Below, in pieces: positions 10,415 to 20,163 of a stretch of DNA of 64,000 nt. The DNA comes from an uncultured Dehalococcoidales bacterium (GTDB taxonomy: Bacteria; Chloroflexota; Dehalococcoidia; GIF9; AB-539-J10): the NCBI GenBank assembly GCA_964586515.1, contig CAZPGJ010000001.1, forward strand, positions 394,560 through 458,559, given 5' to 3'. The translations under genes and the position numbers were made by a program. The notes under the pieces were generated by a model. That model ran no database searches. It was not told the DNA's origin and worked only from the letters and a program-made list of their open reading frames with translations. The stretch's first letter is position 1, and every line of letters starts with the position of its first letter.

Positions 10415-10550
10415 TGTCATTGCGAGCGACCTGCCTGCCTGCTCGCCGTACGACTTCGGCAGGCGAGCCAAGGCTTGGCAGGCGGGAGCGTGGCAATCCC
10501 CTGTCCCCACCGAGATTGCTTCGGCGACTTCGCCAGCCTCGCAACGACAG
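10415..10550 (+). repeat. MITE-like structured repeat with TGTCATTGCGAG / CTCGCAA(C)GACAG terminal inverted repeats
   Basis: Full-length copy; internal nested palindromes (GCTCGCC..GGCGAGC, CCAAGGCTTGG); same element at 13546, 15842, partial at 12525. Confidence 0.7.
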
Positions 10551-10630
10551 AGGAAGGAGCCCGGTAAATTGGGCTACAGCCTCTATTTTTCAATTAAAAA
10601 TTCCTCTTACTTGCAGCTTTGCCGCAAACA

Positions 10631-12259
10631 TTATTCCAGGGAAATTATATAATCATAATGGGGCTGGCCACCATAAACTACCTCGACCTCGGTGGGGTAG
10701 CGGTCACGAATTTCCTGGGCTATCTCTTGAGCTTCAGCGCCCTCGATTTCAGCACCGTAATAAACGGTGACTATCTCAGCCTTTTCAGCCCCTGCTTTGC
10801 CTAAAGCTTCAAGGATAACATCACCTATTTTATCAGCCCTGGCTATCAAATCTTCATCGTTTAGAATGGCAATAAATTGCCCCTTTCTTATTTTCAGGCC
10901 TTTAAGACAGGTCTCACGCATTGCTCTGGTAACCTCTATCGCCCTTACCTTGTTTATTGCTTTCTCCATAGCCTGGACATTTTCCTCCAGGTTCATGTCA
11001 TAACCGAAAGCCAGAAATGCCGCTATGCCTTGAGGTATATTCTTGGTGGGAATTACCTTCACCTTTTTGGAAGTTAAGGACTGGACCTGGGAAGCGGCAG
11101 ACACGATGTTCTTGTTATTGGGCAGTAGAATAATGTTGTCCGAGGGGGCCGACTCCACAGCTTGCCAAAGTTCACGGACGCTGGGATTCATCGTTTGACC
11201 GCCGGGGACAATGATTATGTTACCTAAACTATTAAACAGCTCGAAAAAACCGTCTCCAGTGGCCACTGTTACCATAGCGATATCGGCTGAAGGCATTCTT
11301 TCCCTCTGCATCTTAATGAATTCGGCATATTGGTCATCCATGTTATTGATAGTTATCTCATGCAGTTTGCCCAGCTTTGTGGCATATTTCAGGATTTCAC
11401 CGGGCTCGAAGCTGTGGATATGGACTCTAACCAGAGTGTCGTCGCCGGTGACTATCAAAGATAGTCCCTTCTTCTTGAGGTCTTTCTCGATTTTGTCTAA
11501 ATTAAAATTCTGTCCCTCCAGGACGAAATTTGTGCAATACCCGTGAGGCGTTTCCAGCTGGGTTGGCCTCTGAGCTGCCCTGGGGACCAGTTCTGTCTCG
11601 GCAACCACCAGGCGGGGCTTCCGATATTGCATTTTCTGTGACTCTCCCTTGAGGAATCGCAGGGCGCCGTCCAGCAAAACGTACAAGCCTTGCCCACCAG
11701 CATCCACCACTCCGGCATCTCTCAATACTGGCAGTAAGCTGGGCGTCTGGGCCACTGAGTCCTCAGCCGATTTTACCGCGGCTTCCAATACCGAGACTAA
11801 AGCATCATCATTTTTTACTGCTTCTTGAGCCGCTTTAGATGCATCGTTAAGCACCGTCAGGATAGTGCCCTCGACAGGATTGACAATCCCTTTGTAAGCA
11901 GTCTGCGATGCTTTGGCCAGTGCTCTGGCAAAGTCCCCGCCGTCGAAATGGGTCTTGCCCTCCAGTTCTTTAGCTAGACCACGCCAGAATTGAGATAAGA
12001 TAACTCCGGAGTTGCCCCGCGCTCCCATTAAAGCGCCGTGAGCCAGCGATTTGGCTACCGAGGAGACCTGGTTATCCGAATTGGACTTTACCTCTTCCAG
12101 GGCAAACTTCATGGTGAGCACCATATTGGTCCCGGTATCACCATCGGGGACAGGGAAGACGTTTATAGCATTGATATCGGGGGCGCTTTTTTCCAGCCAG
12201 GCAGTTCCTGAAGCAAACATTTCCTTCAGGGTTTGACCATCGGCTAAATCACTTTTCAT
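10631..12259 (-). CDS. DAK2 domain fusion protein YloV
   Basis: 542 aa; N-terminal DhaL/DAK2-like domain plus C-terminal DegV-like domain. Confidence 0.8.
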   Translation of the reverse strand: MKSDLADGQTLKEMFASGTAWLEKSAPDINAINVFPVPDGDTGTNMVLTMKFALEEVKSNSDNQVSSVAKSLAHGALMGARGNSGVILSQFWRGLAKELEGKTHFDGGDFARALAKASQTAYKGIVNPVEGTILTVLNDASKAAQEAVKNDDALVSVLEAAVKSAEDSVAQTPSLLPVLRDAGVVDAGGQGLYVLLDGALRFLKGESQKMQYRKPRLVVAETELVPRAAQRPTQLETPHGYCTNFVLEGQNFNLDKIEKDLKKKGLSLIVTGDDTLVRVHIHSFEPGEILKYATKLGKLHEITINNMDDQYAEFIKMQRERMPSADIAMVTVATGDGFFELFNSLGNIIIVPGGQTMNPSVRELWQAVESAPSDNIILLPNNKNIVSAASQVQSLTSKKVKVIPTKNIPQGIAAFLAFGYDMNLEENVQAMEKAINKVRAIEVTRAMRETCLKGLKIRKGQFIAILNDEDLIARADKIGDVILEALGKAGAEKAEIVTVYYGAEIEGAEAQEIAQEIRDRYPTEVEVVYGGQPHYDYIISLE

Positions 12260-12326
12260 TCCACCCCTTCACCCGGGCTGATAATTGTGATATCATTACG
12301 CAAATTTAACAGACAGGAAAGTTTCT

Positions 12327-12509
12327 ATGAAGTGCGAAATTTGCGGTAAAGAAGCTCAATTCGGACATAATGTAAGCCACTCCAAACAACATACCCTCCG
12401 GCGCTGGCTGCCTAATATCCAGCGAGCTACGATTATGGTAGAGGGAAAGAAAAGAAAAGTCAACATCTGCACCAGATGCCTCCGCACCCAGTATAAAGTA
12501 GCCCGCTAG
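12327..12509 (+). CDS. rpmB: 50S ribosomal protein L28
   Basis: 60 aa MKCEICGKEAQFGHNVSHSKQHTLRRW...; classic L28. Confidence 0.85.
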   Translation: MKCEICGKEAQFGHNVSHSKQHTLRRWLPNIQRATIMVEGKKRKVNICTRCLRTQYKVAR

Positions 12510-12524
12510 CGTACTCACACCGTT

Positions 12525-12581
12525 TGTCATTGCGAGCGACCTGCCCGCCAAGGCTTGGCAGGCGGGGGCGTGGCAATCCCC
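12525..12581 (+). repeat. truncated MITE copy (left half only)
   Basis: tgtcattgcgagcgacctgcccgccaaggcttggcaggcgggggcgtggcaatcccc, missing the right arm. Confidence 0.6.
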
Positions 12582-12745
12582 TTGGCTAAATTCCAAACCC
12601 TGCAACAATGTCAAATGCCAAAGCTCAAATATCAAATCAAGCTCAAAACCCAAAGGATAAAACGGAGTGGTTTTGGCATTTAAGCATTTGGATTTCAATT
12701 GTCACTTGGGTTTTGACATTTGAGTCTTTTCAGTCTTTGCATCAA

Positions 12746-13204
12746 CTACAAATCCACTTCAAAAAGCATCCCTCTTTCCTCGAACCCGCACTTCTTGTAG
12801 AACTCTCTTGCTTTAACGTTTGTCTTCTCAGTGCTCACTTCAACTTCACAACATCCCAGTTGTTTACATTTCTCGATAGCAGCCAGCACCAGCTGCTTAC
12901 CAACGCTTTTGCCCTGATATTCTTTTGCTACAACAAGCTCATCAATTAATGCGGATGGACTTTGGTGCAGAATCGTCTGTCGAACCGTGAAGTGGATGAA
13001 TCCAACCGGACTCCCCTCCATTGCTGCCACCAGGAAATGTGAGCTAGCGTCGTTCAAGAGGTGTTCACAGGTCTTGAGGGCAATTCCAATGTCAATGCCT
13101 TCAGTATTATCCATAGCATTTATCAGGTCTGCCAGCAATTTTCCAATCGCCGGCAAATCCGATTCCCTGGCTTTTCTAATTAGAATATTGTTCATTGTTG
13201 TCAT
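12746..13204 (-). CDS. GNAT family N-acetyltransferase
   Basis: 152 aa; acetyl-CoA binding motif VAKEYQGKSVGKQLV. Confidence 0.75.
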   Translation of the reverse strand: MTTMNNILIRKARESDLPAIGKLLADLINAMDNTEGIDIGIALKTCEHLLNDASSHFLVAAMEGSPVGFIHFTVRQTILHQSPSALIDELVVAKEYQGKSVGKQLVLAAIEKCKQLGCCEVEVSTEKTNVKAREFYKKCGFEERGMLFEVDL

Positions 13205-13328
13205 TGGGATTTTGAGCTTCGTTTGTCATTTGGGCTTTGGCATTTGGCATTGAATCCCTCGAGGTGTGAAGAAATCCCTTCCTTCACGATTAATCCTCTC
13301 CCGTCAAGGGAGTGGCCTGTCTCTCAGT

Positions 13329-13468
13329 GTCCCCCCTTAAAATAAGGGGGATTAAAGGGGGTTATTTCCATGGGCATCATGTTGTGCTTGCCTGTTCAGT
13401 TCTGTAGTTGGATCGTTGTAAATGTATCTACTCATAACTCTCCTTCCCCCTCTTATCTTAAGAGGGGC
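13329..13468. repeat. GC-hairpin palindromic repeat (CCCCCTTAAAATAAGGGGG / CCCCTCTTATCTTAAGAGGGG)
   Basis: Two perfect stem-loops; homologous ~120-bp unit recurs at 40974..41090 and a solo hairpin at 44342..44370. Confidence 0.5.
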
Positions 13469-13545
13469 AGTCCGGTTGTTAGAATTTTTGGATTTTGATA
13501 TTGTTTAGGATTTAGTGCTTAGGATTTAGGATTTCATATCCGGAG

Positions 13546-13675
13546 TGTCATTGCGAGCGACCTGCTCGCCGTACGACTTCGGCAGGCGAGCCAGGGCTTG
13601 GCAGGCGGGAGCGTGGCAATCCCTTGCCCCACCACGAGATTGCTTCGGCTGATTAAAGTCAGCCGCGCAATGACA
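13546..13675 (+). repeat. MITE copy (TGTCATTGCGAG...CGCAATGACAG)
   Basis: Full copy flanked on both sides by GATTT/TTTGA-rich low-complexity tracts (13480-13540, 13690-13745). Confidence 0.7.
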
Positions 13676-13746
13676 GAAAGGGAGAGGCTAAGAATTTTGT
13701 ATTTTAATTTGTCATTTTGACTTTTGACCTTTTATTTTTGAAATTT

Positions 13747-14403
13747 CTATGCCGTTGCTTCCCTGAGCCTCTGTAGCGCCTGGCTTATCCCTTCCTCAGC
13801 CCTGAATACGCTGTTCCCCGCCACCAGGACATTGGCGCCAGCTTTAACTATGTCCGGGGCATTGTCCACAGTAATTCCCCCGTCAACCTCGAGCTCGGCA
13901 CCTAGTCCTCTATCATCGAGGACTTTGCGCATATTCGCTATCCTGGGCAGTGTTTCGGGAATAAAAGATTGCCCGCCGAAGCCCGGATTAACGCTCATAA
14001 TGAGGACCAAATCCACATGATGAAGAAATTCCTCTATTGCGCTGAGAGGAGTAGGCGGATTTAAAGATACTCCGGCCTTAGCCCCCAGTTCCTTTATTGC
14101 CTGAATCGTGCTATGGAGATGGGGAGAGGCTTCGACATGCACGGTAATAATATCGGCGCCGGCGTTAACGAAGTCGGAGATATACCGCTCCGGATGCTCT
14201 ATCATCAAGTGGACGTCCAGCGGCAGGCTCGTCACCTGGCGGATTGAAGCCACCACCGGGGCCCCGATGGTGATATTGGGCACGAAATGCCCGTCCATAA
14301 CATCTACGTGGATATAATCGGCCCCGGCCCTGGCGACCTCGTCAACCTGCTCGCCGAGGCGGGCAAAATCAGCAGACAGAATCGACGGCGCCAGCTTAAT
14401 CAT
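13747..14403 (-). CDS. rpe: ribulose-phosphate 3-epimerase
   Basis: 218 aa; [12 protein letters not shown] and DGGI motifs. Confidence 0.9.
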   Translation of the reverse strand: MIKLAPSILSADFARLGEQVDEVARAGADYIHVDVMDGHFVPNITIGAPVVASIRQVTSLPLDVHLMIEHPERYISDFVNAGADIITVHVEASPHLHSTIQAIKELGAKAGVSLNPPTPLSAIEEFLHHVDLVLIMSVNPGFGGQSFIPETLPRIANMRKVLDDRGLGAELEVDGGITVDNAPDIVKAGANVLVAGNSVFRAEEGISQALQRLREATA

Positions 14404-15746
14404 TTTTTGATCAGCCTCTTGGCTCTTCTCAGCGCCGTTCCCACCTGTCGGGGGGAGGTTCCGCCGGCCACATTTCGAGCGGCTACCGATGATTCCAAAG
14501 TTATATTATAGACATCGCCGCTGAAAAGCGGGGAGAACTTGCGGTATTCCTTCATGGCAAGTTCCCGGAAGTTTTTGCCCTTGCTCAGGGCGTATTCGCT
14601 GAGTTTCGCTACTACGCCGTGGGCTTCCCGAAACGGCAGGCCTTTCTTCACCAGATAATCGGCCAGGTCGGTGGCCAGGATATAGTCTGTTTTCATCGCC
14701 TGAGCAATACGCTCGCTGTTTACCTTAAGCGTTTTTACCATCCCGGCGAATACTTCCAGGCTGGCCTGCAGCGTGTCCACGGTGTCAAACAGCCCCTCCT
14801 TGTCCTCCTGCATATCCCGGTTATAGGCTAAAGGCAGAGACTTCATAGTGGTCAAGATGCCCATGAGGTGGCCGTATACCCGCCCGGTCTTTCCCCTCGC
14901 CAGCTCGGCCACATCGGGATTTTTCTTCTGAGGCATGATGCTGCTGCCCGTAGTAAAGGCTTCGCCAATCTCTATGAAGCCAAACTCGCTCGATGACCAC
15001 AGGATGAGCTCCTCAGCCAGCCGGGAAAGATGCATCATGGTGATGGCCGCTGCCGCTTCGTATTCTACGACGAAGTCCCTGTCGGAAACGGCATCCAGGC
15101 TGTTGGTGCTCACCTTGCTGAAGCCTAGCTCCCGGGCCACGAATTCCCGGTCTACGGGGTAAGGAACGCCGGCCAGGGCGCCGCTGCCCAGGGGCAGGAC
15201 GTCCGTGCGCCCCAGGCAGTCCTGAAATCTTTCCTTGTCCCGCTGGAACATCTCGAAATAAGCCAGCAGGTGGTGAGCCAGGAGGACCGGCTGGGCTTGC
15301 TGCAGGTGGGTATAGCCGGGCATGACGACGGCCTTGTTTGCCTCGGCCAGCTCCACCAGCGCAGCTTGCAGAGCTTTTATCTTATCGATGGTCTTCAAGA
15401 TTTCCTCCTTGACGAACAGGCGCAGGTCCAGGGCTATCTGGTCGTTCCTGGAGCGGGCGGTATGGAGCTTGCCTGCCACGTCGCCTATCTTTTCAAACAA
15501 CCCCGCTTCGATGTTCATGTGTATATCCTCGAGCTCGGTCTTGAATTTAAATTTTCCTCGTTCGATTTCCCTTCGAATAGAGTTGAGCCCTTTGGTTATC
15601 GTCTCCACCTCGCTCTCGGCTATTATCCCCTGCTTCGCCAGCATCTGGGCGTGAACAAGGCTGCCCTCGATGTCCTGGCGGTATAGCCGCCGGTCAAAGG
15701 GAATAGATGCCACATATTCTTGCGCCAGTTTATTGGTTCCTTTCAT
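14400..15746 (-). CDS. argH: argininosuccinate lyase
   Basis: 448 aa; fumarate-lyase signature [12 protein letters not shown]; N-terminus atypical (lacks WGGRF). Confidence 0.9.
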   Translation of the reverse strand: MKGTNKLAQEYVASIPFDRRLYRQDIEGSLVHAQMLAKQGIIAESEVETITKGLNSIRREIERGKFKFKTELEDIHMNIEAGLFEKIGDVAGKLHTARSRNDQIALDLRLFVKEEILKTIDKIKALQAALVELAEANKAVVMPGYTHLQQAQPVLLAHHLLAYFEMFQRDKERFQDCLGRTDVLPLGSGALAGVPYPVDREFVARELGFSKVSTNSLDAVSDRDFVVEYEAAAAITMMHLSRLAEELILWSSSEFGFIEIGEAFTTGSSIMPQKKNPDVAELARGKTGRVYGHLMGILTTMKSLPLAYNRDMQEDKEGLFDTVDTLQASLEVFAGMVKTLKVNSERIAQAMKTDYILATDLADYLVKKGLPFREAHGVVAKLSEYALSKGKNFRELAMKEYRKFSPLFSGDVYNITLESSVAARNVAGGTSPRQVGTALRRAKRLIKK

Positions 15747-15806
15747 CTCTCCGGAAGTCCGGTTTCTATTCTGGCTTCGCCTCGCTTTCGGCTATTATAC
15801 CTTGTT

Positions 15807-16075
15807 TTGCCGGTATTTTTAACAGGAGCACTAACCTCCCGTGTCATTGCGAGCCCTTTTCTCTTGTCATTGCGAGCGACCTGCCCGCCTGCTCGCCGTA
15901 CGACTTCGGCAGGCGAGCCAAGGCTTGGCAGGCGGGAGCGTGGCAATCTCATTGCTTTCCTACCGAGATTGCTTCGGCTGACTAAAGTCAGCCTCGCAAA
16001 GACAGGGGGGAGGGATTGCGGAGCTTGTTCCGAAGCGTAAGCGAGGAATCTCGCTCCTCCCAGTGACAGAGGGAG
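15807..16075 (+). repeat. composite: TTTTTAACAGGAGCA element interrupted by a MITE copy (15842..16004, with duplicated 5' end)
   Basis: ggtatttttaacaggagca then gtcattgcgagccc..ttgtcattgcgagcgacc...cctcgcaaagacag then ggattgcggagcttgttccgaagcgtaagcgag, co-linear with the interrupted copy at 44118..44250. Confidence 0.6.
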
Positions 16076-16165
16076 ATAAGGAAAGGAAGGGTTAACTACC
16101 TTTGTGATATAATCGGAGCAAGGACAGACTAGGTAAACGTTGCCAGACTACCGCAGGTTATTGGC

Positions 16166-16698
16166 ATGGTCAATAAGAAATCACTTATCCCTGTCGATAG
16201 GATTGAAAAGGCAATCTTGTTAATCCGTGGGCAAAAAGTTATGCTCGATGCCGACCTGGCGGAGCTTTACGGTGTCGAGACGAGGGTTTTAATTCAAGCA
16301 GTCAAACGTAATCTGGAGCGGTTCCCTGAAGACTTTATGTTCCAGCTTAGCAAAGATGATGTTGATTTTCTAAGATCACAAATTGTGACCTTAAAGAAAG
16401 GACGCGGGCAACACAGCAAATATTTACCTTACGCTTTTCTTTTACTGAACAGGGCGTTGCCATGCTATCCAGTGTCTTGCGTAGCCGGCGTGCTATCCAG
16501 GTAAATATTGAGATAATGCGGGCTTTTATCCGCTTACGGCAGATGCTGGCAAGTCATGTCGAGCTTGCCCGTAAGCTAGATGCCCTTGAGAAGAAGTATG
16601 ATGCTCAATTTAAACAGGTGTTTGAAGCTATTCGTCGTCTTATGGCGCCACCGGAACCGAAACGGCGCCCCATAGGATTTCGAAAGGGGGACGAATGA
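16166..16698 (+). pseudogene. ORF6N-domain (phage anti-repressor-like) gene disrupted by a +5 frameshift
   Basis: Two track ORFs (16166..16504, 16462..16698) together give [18 protein letters not shown]...FPEDFMFQL...KYLPYAF|MLSSVLRS...VNIEIMRAF; tandem CTTTTCTTTT at 16434..16443 shifts the frame. Confidence 0.7.
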
Positions 16699-16717
16699 AA
16701 TCAGGTTTTGGTGAAGA

Positions 16718-16990
16718 TTGTTGAAATCGCAATCTGGGATGTCAAGGCTATATTTAGATATAGAAGTGCGTAAGCAATTGGGAATAGAGGAAGGTGACCT
16801 GGTAGAAATTGACGTTGAAGTCGAGAAAGCTGTGTTAATGCCCAAGAAACTGGTGGACAAGAGCCAGGCTTACTTCTGGACGAAGCGGTGGCAGGAGGGT
16901 GAGAGGGAGGCTGACGAAGACATTAAAGCCGGGCGGGTGAAGACCTTTAACTCGGTTGACGAGCTTATCAAAGACTTAGACAAGGAATAG
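16718..16990 (+). CDS. AbrB/SpoVT-family antitoxin-like protein (N-terminally diverged orphan)
   Basis: 90 aa; 80% identical over residues 17-90 to 45359..45646 ([15 protein letters not shown]...[14 protein letters not shown]); no toxin partner follows. Confidence 0.5.
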   Translation: MLKSQSGMSRLYLDIEVRKQLGIEEGDLVEIDVEVEKAVLMPKKLVDKSQAYFWTKRWQEGEREADEDIKAGRVKTFNSVDELIKDLDKE

Positions 16991-17002
16991 CAGTCTCTGT
17001 CT

Positions 17003-17075
17003 TGCCGGTATTTTTAACAGGAGCACCTGCTCGAAGCCTGAGGACATCGCGCCTGTCTGAACTTTCTGTCAAAAT
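17003..17075 (+). repeat. TTTTTAACAGGAGCA boundary element (family 2)
   Basis: ccggtatttttaacaggagcacctgctcgaagcctgaggacatcgcgcctgtctgaacttt; other copies 42232, 44118, 45203, 45694. Confidence 0.55.
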
Positions 17076-17170
17076 GTGTTCAAAACAGTTTTCTCCATCT
17101 CAGTCGTGTTTATTGACATTACGTTCCTTCTACCGCTACAATTACATCAAAAGCTAGAACATAGCGTAGT

Positions 17171-18514
17171 TTGCAGACGACGAGCTTGGAGAGCATAACC
17201 CGGACACAGCCTCCCAAAATCGAACTTGATGGGGGAGGCCTTAACGAGCGCCTCTGTATTGAGGACAAATATCACTCCGTGATGTCGGAAAACCACAAAC
17301 TGGCCCACCTTGTCTCATACGTCGGCAATAAATCCGTTCCAATTCTAAGGCTCTACCGTTTCAAGGAGGCATTCTCTCTTGGCCTGGTAAATTATTTCTT
17401 GGACGAATTCAAAGCTACGTCAGACGACCTCGTATTCGATCCTTTTGCGGGAATGGGCACCACACTGTTTGGGGCGATGCTACGAGGATTACCTTCTCTG
17501 GGCATCGATAAGTTACCTGTGGCAGCATTTGTCAGTAGGACGCTTCCGAAATTCCTGCTATTGGAGCCGGGCTCACTAGCTTCAACCTTCAGGCGGCTCG
17601 AGAACGTAGTGGACAAGTTGGAACCGGCGACTATTGCGGATGATGTTTCCATTATGAAAATCGCATTTGAGGAGCCGTACCTCACAAGGCTACTAAAATG
17701 GAAGGCCGCTATCGATAGCTTGCCAGCACCGCACAAAGAGCTCTTCACTCTGTTGCTCCTGTCCATATTGGAAAGTACAAGCTACGCGTCCAATGATGGT
17801 CAGTTTCTGAGGTTGAACCTCCACAAGAAGCTTATGGCTCCCGACGAAGCGTTACTTAGAAAGGTGTTACTGGCCGAAGCTGACTCAATTGCGATCCAGC
17901 ATATGTGGCTCGACAGAATCCGGTACACTGAGAATCTGCCAATTCTCTGCGAAGCTGACGCACGAGACTTGAGCAATGTGGAGTTCCCAAAGAAGCCTAC
18001 AATTATAATAACATCACCCCCTTACCCCAATAGATATGATTATTCCAGAAGTTACTGCCTGGAACTATGTTTCCGCTTCGTGAAAAGTTTTGAAGAGTTG
18101 AAGGCGGTGCGGTTTGGGATTCTGCGCTCGCATATCGAATCCAGGGCCGAAGAGGGTGATAAACCTTGCCACCCTGTAATAGCCGAAGTCATACAAAACC
18201 TGGAAGGGCGGAAACTCAACAATCCACGCATTCCCATCATGCTGACTGCCTATTTCGTCGATATGGAGAAGTGCATACATGAGTGGGGTCGGGTGCTGGC
18301 CTCCGGTGCAAGGGTTGCTATGGTGGTAGACAACGTACGTTTCGAAGGACAACTCGTACCCGTCGACCTCGTTCTCTCTGACATAGCTGAACGATACGGT
18401 TTTTGCGTCGACGGAATTGTTGTAGCGCGGTACAAGGGCAATAGTTCACAGCAAATGGGACGCTATGGTCGTATCCCTGTGCGAGAGAGTATTACATTGT
18501 GGAGGAAGCTGTGA
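17171..18514 (+). CDS. Type II DNA methyltransferase (N4-C/N6-A, alpha-class order)
   Basis: 447 aa; motif I DPFAGMGTT near residue 90 and motif IV TSPPY near residue 283 with a TRD-sized spacer. Confidence 0.75.
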   Translation: MQTTSLESITRTQPPKIELDGGGLNERLCIEDKYHSVMSENHKLAHLVSYVGNKSVPILRLYRFKEAFSLGLVNYFLDEFKATSDDLVFDPFAGMGTTLFGAMLRGLPSLGIDKLPVAAFVSRTLPKFLLLEPGSLASTFRRLENVVDKLEPATIADDVSIMKIAFEEPYLTRLLKWKAAIDSLPAPHKELFTLLLLSILESTSYASNDGQFLRLNLHKKLMAPDEALLRKVLLAEADSIAIQHMWLDRIRYTENLPILCEADARDLSNVEFPKKPTIIITSPPYPNRYDYSRSYCLELCFRFVKSFEELKAVRFGILRSHIESRAEEGDKPCHPVIAEVIQNLEGRKLNNPRIPIMLTAYFVDMEKCIHEWGRVLASGARVAMVVDNVRFEGQLVPVDLVLSDIAERYGFCVDGIVVARYKGNSSQQMGRYGRIPVRESITLWRKL

Positions 18515-19518
18515 GGCAGAGTGAGCTGCAACGTGAAGCAGAACAAGCCAGCTATGCGCTGCGCTCGTCATTCTTCTACAGGGTTCACTCTTTGTGGCCA
18601 AATCTCCTGCAGATGTTGTCGCTGGCGGGAGGTTTGAAGGTAAACTGGCGAGGCCGTAGAGGACTTGGTATTTCTGAGGCAGCATGGCAGCGTATCCAGA
18701 CCCAGGGTATTGATCCAGTCAATGTATTTTGCCATCCTGCAGTGATAAGAGCGACCCCTCCGCTGATTACCTACTATCGTTGTCTGGCGTTGCTTCCTCA
18801 AAAGGGCGCGCAGCGTCTAGCCTACACAACCAAACAGTTTGAGGATGGGAAGAAGACTAACTTAGTCGAGAAGCAAGCAACCAAGCTGGCACAGGTCTTT
18901 AATGGCCTTGTCAGCCTTCTCATTGAGTCCGACCCAAAGTGGTCATTGGAACAGAATCGTATTGCGGCTTTACTGAATCTGGGCACGCAGGTCAATGGCT
19001 CCTGGCGCAATGAGATAGGCGCTGAGGGAAGCCGCAGAGTAAAAGAGTTGCTGATTAGCCACTTTGTCCAGTCGGGGCTTGTAAGTGATGCTTCCAGAAC
19101 AAATGGATCAAAGATACAAATTGCGGAACTTGCTGGTGCACCTGAGGCTCCGCCAATCGAGGTAATCCGATCATTCAAAACGCCTGCTGGTTATATGTTT
19201 ACCTTTGCAAGCGAGCCCGATGTATCGATTCGTAGCGCTGACGGGGTCTTGGTGAGCACAATTGAGGTTAAATATGGGCTCGATCCAGCCGGGGCACTTG
19301 AGCGCTACGGGGCTGCCAAGAAATCTTTCGAGCAGGCGACAAGAGAGAATCGCCGAGTTCACAATATATACCTGGCCAGCTGCATTACCCCCGAGGTCCG
19401 AAACAGAATTAGCGAAGACAGGCTCGTCAACGAAGATTTCAATCTTACAGAAGTGCTTGGGGATGCTGAAAAGCGAACGCAGTTCCTTAGGCATATAGAG
19501 CACCTTATTAGCCTGTAA
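18499..19518 (+). CDS. cognate Type II restriction endonuclease (PD-ExK)
   Basis: 339 aa; start overlaps MTase stop; candidate catalytic motif EPD...(18)...IEVK; no other recognisable domain. Confidence 0.5.
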   Translation: MEEAVRQSELQREAEQASYALRSSFFYRVHSLWPNLLQMLSLAGGLKVNWRGRRGLGISEAAWQRIQTQGIDPVNVFCHPAVIRATPPLITYYRCLALLPQKGAQRLAYTTKQFEDGKKTNLVEKQATKLAQVFNGLVSLLIESDPKWSLEQNRIAALLNLGTQVNGSWRNEIGAEGSRRVKELLISHFVQSGLVSDASRTNGSKIQIAELAGAPEAPPIEVIRSFKTPAGYMFTFASEPDVSIRSADGVLVSTIEVKYGLDPAGALERYGAAKKSFEQATRENRRVHNIYLASCITPEVRNRISEDRLVNEDFNLTEVLGDAEKRTQFLRHIEHLISL

Positions 19519-19546
19519 AAAGGACGCTGAACTGGTAGCTGGAGGC

Positions 19547-19613
19547 GAATTCTAGGGACGCCATACCAGTCAGGCCTGCTACAAATCAGGTATTATGCCC
19601 CCAGAATATCCCC
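19547..19613 (+). repeat. cassette-boundary repeat, copy 1 (variant B, hairpin-less)
   Basis: gaattctagggacgccataccagtcaggcctgctacaaatcaggtattatgcccccagaata. Confidence 0.7.
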
Positions 19614-19749
19614 TCTGGGGTTAGGTTATTAAGCTGAAAAGAAGGAACTATGATTTCTTGTGGTCGCGTCGACCTCGGGCTATAATTCGGCAAATACTGA
19701 ATCCGAAGACACATCTTATCCTTAATCATTCCCTCAGGGGGAAATTTTC

Positions 19750-19947
19750 TTGGAGGTGGACATGCCACAGAAATATGAGTACAAGTTCGTAACTATTGGA
19801 CAAGGCAAGAAAGACAAGGACTACCACGACGTAATACGTGAAAACTCATTGGATGGGTGGCGCCTTGTCCAGGTATTCGCGCCGGGAGCCGGAGGCCTAT
19901 GGGCAAAAGCCAGTTTCTGCGAAGTAATATTCGAACGGCAAGTCTAA
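19750..19947 (+). CDS. DUF4177-like small protein
   Basis: 65 aa; YEYKFVTIG...GWRLVQV pattern of DUF4177. Confidence 0.45.
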   Translation: MEVDMPQKYEYKFVTIGQGKKDKDYHDVIRENSLDGWRLVQVFAPGAGGLWAKASFCEVIFERQV

Positions 19948-19955
19948 GGTTGGCT

Positions 19956-20020
19956 GAATTCCAGGGACACCATCCTTCACAAGGTGAAGGACAAATCAGG
20001 TATTATGCCCCCAGAATACC
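19956..20020 (+). repeat. cassette-boundary repeat, copy 2 (hairpin loop inverted: cacAAGGtg)
   Basis: gaattccagggacaccatccttcacaaggtgaaggacaaatcaggtattatgcccccagaatacc; begins 9 nt after stop of 19750..19947. Confidence 0.75.
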
Positions 20021-20163
20021 GGCCTATTGCCAAGGACTTAATATCCCATTACCACCGAATTGATAACAAGAGCCACCGATGATAATATGCCGTCATGGCC
20101 CTTAGAAAAGCAGGACTCTCGAGACTTGAGTTGCGCAGCTATTAACGTAAGGAAAGAATAGAA

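Noticed and set aside
15743-15952. ORFs 15743..15952, 45008..45394 and 45328..45792 sharing the peptide APVKNTGKT
   Set aside because: The shared peptide is simply the minus-strand translation of the TTTTTAACAGGAGCA repeat element (TGCTCCTGTTAAAAATACCGG). The ORFs run through repeats and MITEs, not genes.
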